From Octopus sinensis (Eukaryota): a stretch of DNA of 64,000 nucleotides. The notes beneath the pieces are model-generated. The model was given only the letters and a program-made list of their open reading frames with translations, was not told the origin of the DNA and did not search any database. The stretch lies in the NCBI RefSeq assembly GCF_006345805.1, contig NC_043013.1:47616001-47680000 (forward strand). Reading direction: 5' to 3'. Positions 62,054-64,000 of the stretch are shown here, one piece after another. The position numbers and the translations under genes were made by a program. Position 1 is the stretch's first letter; each line of letters opens with the position of its first letter.

Positions 62054-63215
62054 CTAATCTCCTCCGCCATATTTTGGGTCTTGCCAATGAAAGGAATTAT
62101 TGTTAAGCATTGTCTTTAAAAAGTGTTGGTTTGTGACAATGTTAGAAATCATTATTGATGGGACCACCATAACAGTTATTATAGCAAACACGATTACCAA
62201 AAATCTCATCTGTCCTTATTGATATTCAATTGTGTCTGAGACTAAAGAACGGATTACCATAAAAGGTTATATATTATGGCTTCCTAGATATTCACAAACT
62301 AAACGGTTGTTTGAAAACACCTTCATTGACGTCTTTTAAGGTTCTTATTATTTCTTTTGGGAACAGTATCTGTTCGGTGACAAAGAACATGTAATCAACA
62401 GTAATACTTCATCATGCTAAGTAAAGCTCAAAGCAAATGTGAAGATATTGAAGAACATTATATAAAAAGTAACGATATTAAAATGATATTTTCAACTACA
62501 TTATAAAGACGATTGTGTACTGCCTGTTAAATTCAAAATTCTTGTGGGGAATTTCTAATTTATTTTCCACAATGAAGAGTTTACAAGAAAAAATAGTATC
62601 CAGTGTATTTCAAGGAATATTTGGATTATTTCGATTTATAACTCCACCGAATTACTTCCTCATTTCGTGACATCATTAAATTTATATTTACGAAAAACTG
62701 AAGATATGCATTTCCCTTTCCATTCTAATTTGAACAATTTCAAAAAAAAAAATAACAGGGTAAACATTAAAATACTGGAAATCAAAACTTTGTGAGCTGT
62801 AGCATAAAACCTCACAGGTTGAAAAGTAAAAAAGAAAAACACACAAGTAGATGATAATATAATTAGATTTGAAGATAGAGTAGAAAAGATTTTTCCCAAG
62901 TGCTTCAAGAACAATTTGATTTGTATAAATACTGCATCAGGAAATAAGTAGTTTTCAGCTAAATATTGCAGTGAGTCGAGTCGAATTATGTTAGAAGGTA
63001 ATTTATTAAAGAGAAAGTGGGCATCTTTATAGAGACAGGTAGTAAATTGGTTCGGTATTACCATGAAGAATATTGATATTGCAATAAGTATTTTAGCGGG
63101 ATTATTGCCTTAGAAGTTACTCGTAACCGTAATCAGACAACAGAGTTCAGTGCAGCTGCAAGCGCAAGAGAATATGTGCAGTAAACATAGAAGATACACA
63201 AGAAATAAAGTTTAC
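62054..63215 (-). pseudogene. Probable decayed intronless class-A (rhodopsin-like) GPCR pseudogene
   Basis: Successive hydrophobic segments: LYFLCIFYVYCTYSLALAAALNSVV*LR (TM1-like), KYL-AISIFFMVIP (TM2-like), KLFLKHLGKIFSTLSSNLIILSST (TM3-like), KVLISSILMFTLLFF (TM4-like), NVVENIILISLLFI (TM5-like), MRFLVIVFAIITVMVVP (TM6-like); stops and frameshifts; no clean DRY or NPxxY. Confidence 0.42.
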
Positions 63216-64000
63216 TATGAACAACTATACGATTGTTAAAATATATGAGAGAAATGGGCTACAAAAAGGAAACTTTCAAAATAAACAGAGAATAATTCCT
63301 TCTTGTAATATAATGGAAATCTAGCTTTGGATTTTCGGCAGAATATTGATTTCTTATATTGGTGCGAAACAAAGGCACTTCTTAATATCAGTATACTTGC
63401 TTAAATTCACTTCTGTTGCATATATTTGGTACTCATTTTATTGATCTTGCTGGAAGATATGGAAAAAAAAAATAACAAATCGAATCCACTCATTTAAAAA
63501 TCAAAACACTAACAGACAAAACTAAACGTTTGCTGTTCACGTTTTATCCTTTATCTTCATGACACGGTTGATCTGCAGTGTCACCGATTTACTGTGGGTG
63601 GATGTCTTTCTGATGAGCGTTTCAGGTATGCTGGCAACATGGAAGAACGTTATCTTCGAATACTGAGGTAAGATTCGCACTCAGATTACATCACTTTCTA
63701 CGCTGGAAACTACTAACTTAATGAAGTCCGGAAATATAATAATTCTTCCGCCGAATTTGACGATGACCTCACAACTTCTAAAAATAAAAGAATAAATAAA
63801 AGAAAAAACAAGAAAGAACGAAGAAAACAAATTGCCTAAAGTTATTATGCTTGTCTACTGGTGATCAATAGAGATAATTTCAATTATATGGCACGTTATC
63901 AGATGGGGCATCCGTGAAGGAACTACAGAATCACAACGGCCCCCGCTTGAAATTCTGAAACGTAAATATGAGAAAAAGTGAAGTTAATCGATTTCTAAAT

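Overview
Eukaryotic, AT-rich (TA/CA/AAT/GAT microsatellite-dense) intergenic or intronic DNA. The SINE and LINE families look like those of octopod cephalopods (inference from recognition; not searched). No intact host protein-coding gene, rRNA, true tRNA or CRISPR array is supported, and almost all ORFs in the supplied track are microsatellite read-throughs or transposon fragments. The window is a transposon graveyard: about 25 tRNA-derived SINE copies in three modular families, a near-full-length R4/Dong-type RLE LINE (27592-31581, minus) stacked with two more R4/Dong fragments and a Tx1/L1 fragment, RTE and CR1 fragments, a full-length decayed mariner (DD34D), an internally deleted maT (DD37D), a Tigger/pogo fragment, MITEs (one with an 8-bp TSD), a probable decayed GPCR pseudogene at the right end, and a 100-N gap. 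The most notable unannotated signal is a recurring set of minimal type-I hammerhead-ribozyme-like motifs of the Penelope-like-element kind, at four unrelated loci. Three of these lie inside or form inverted repeats, and two carry a CCGA(N)GA core variant.
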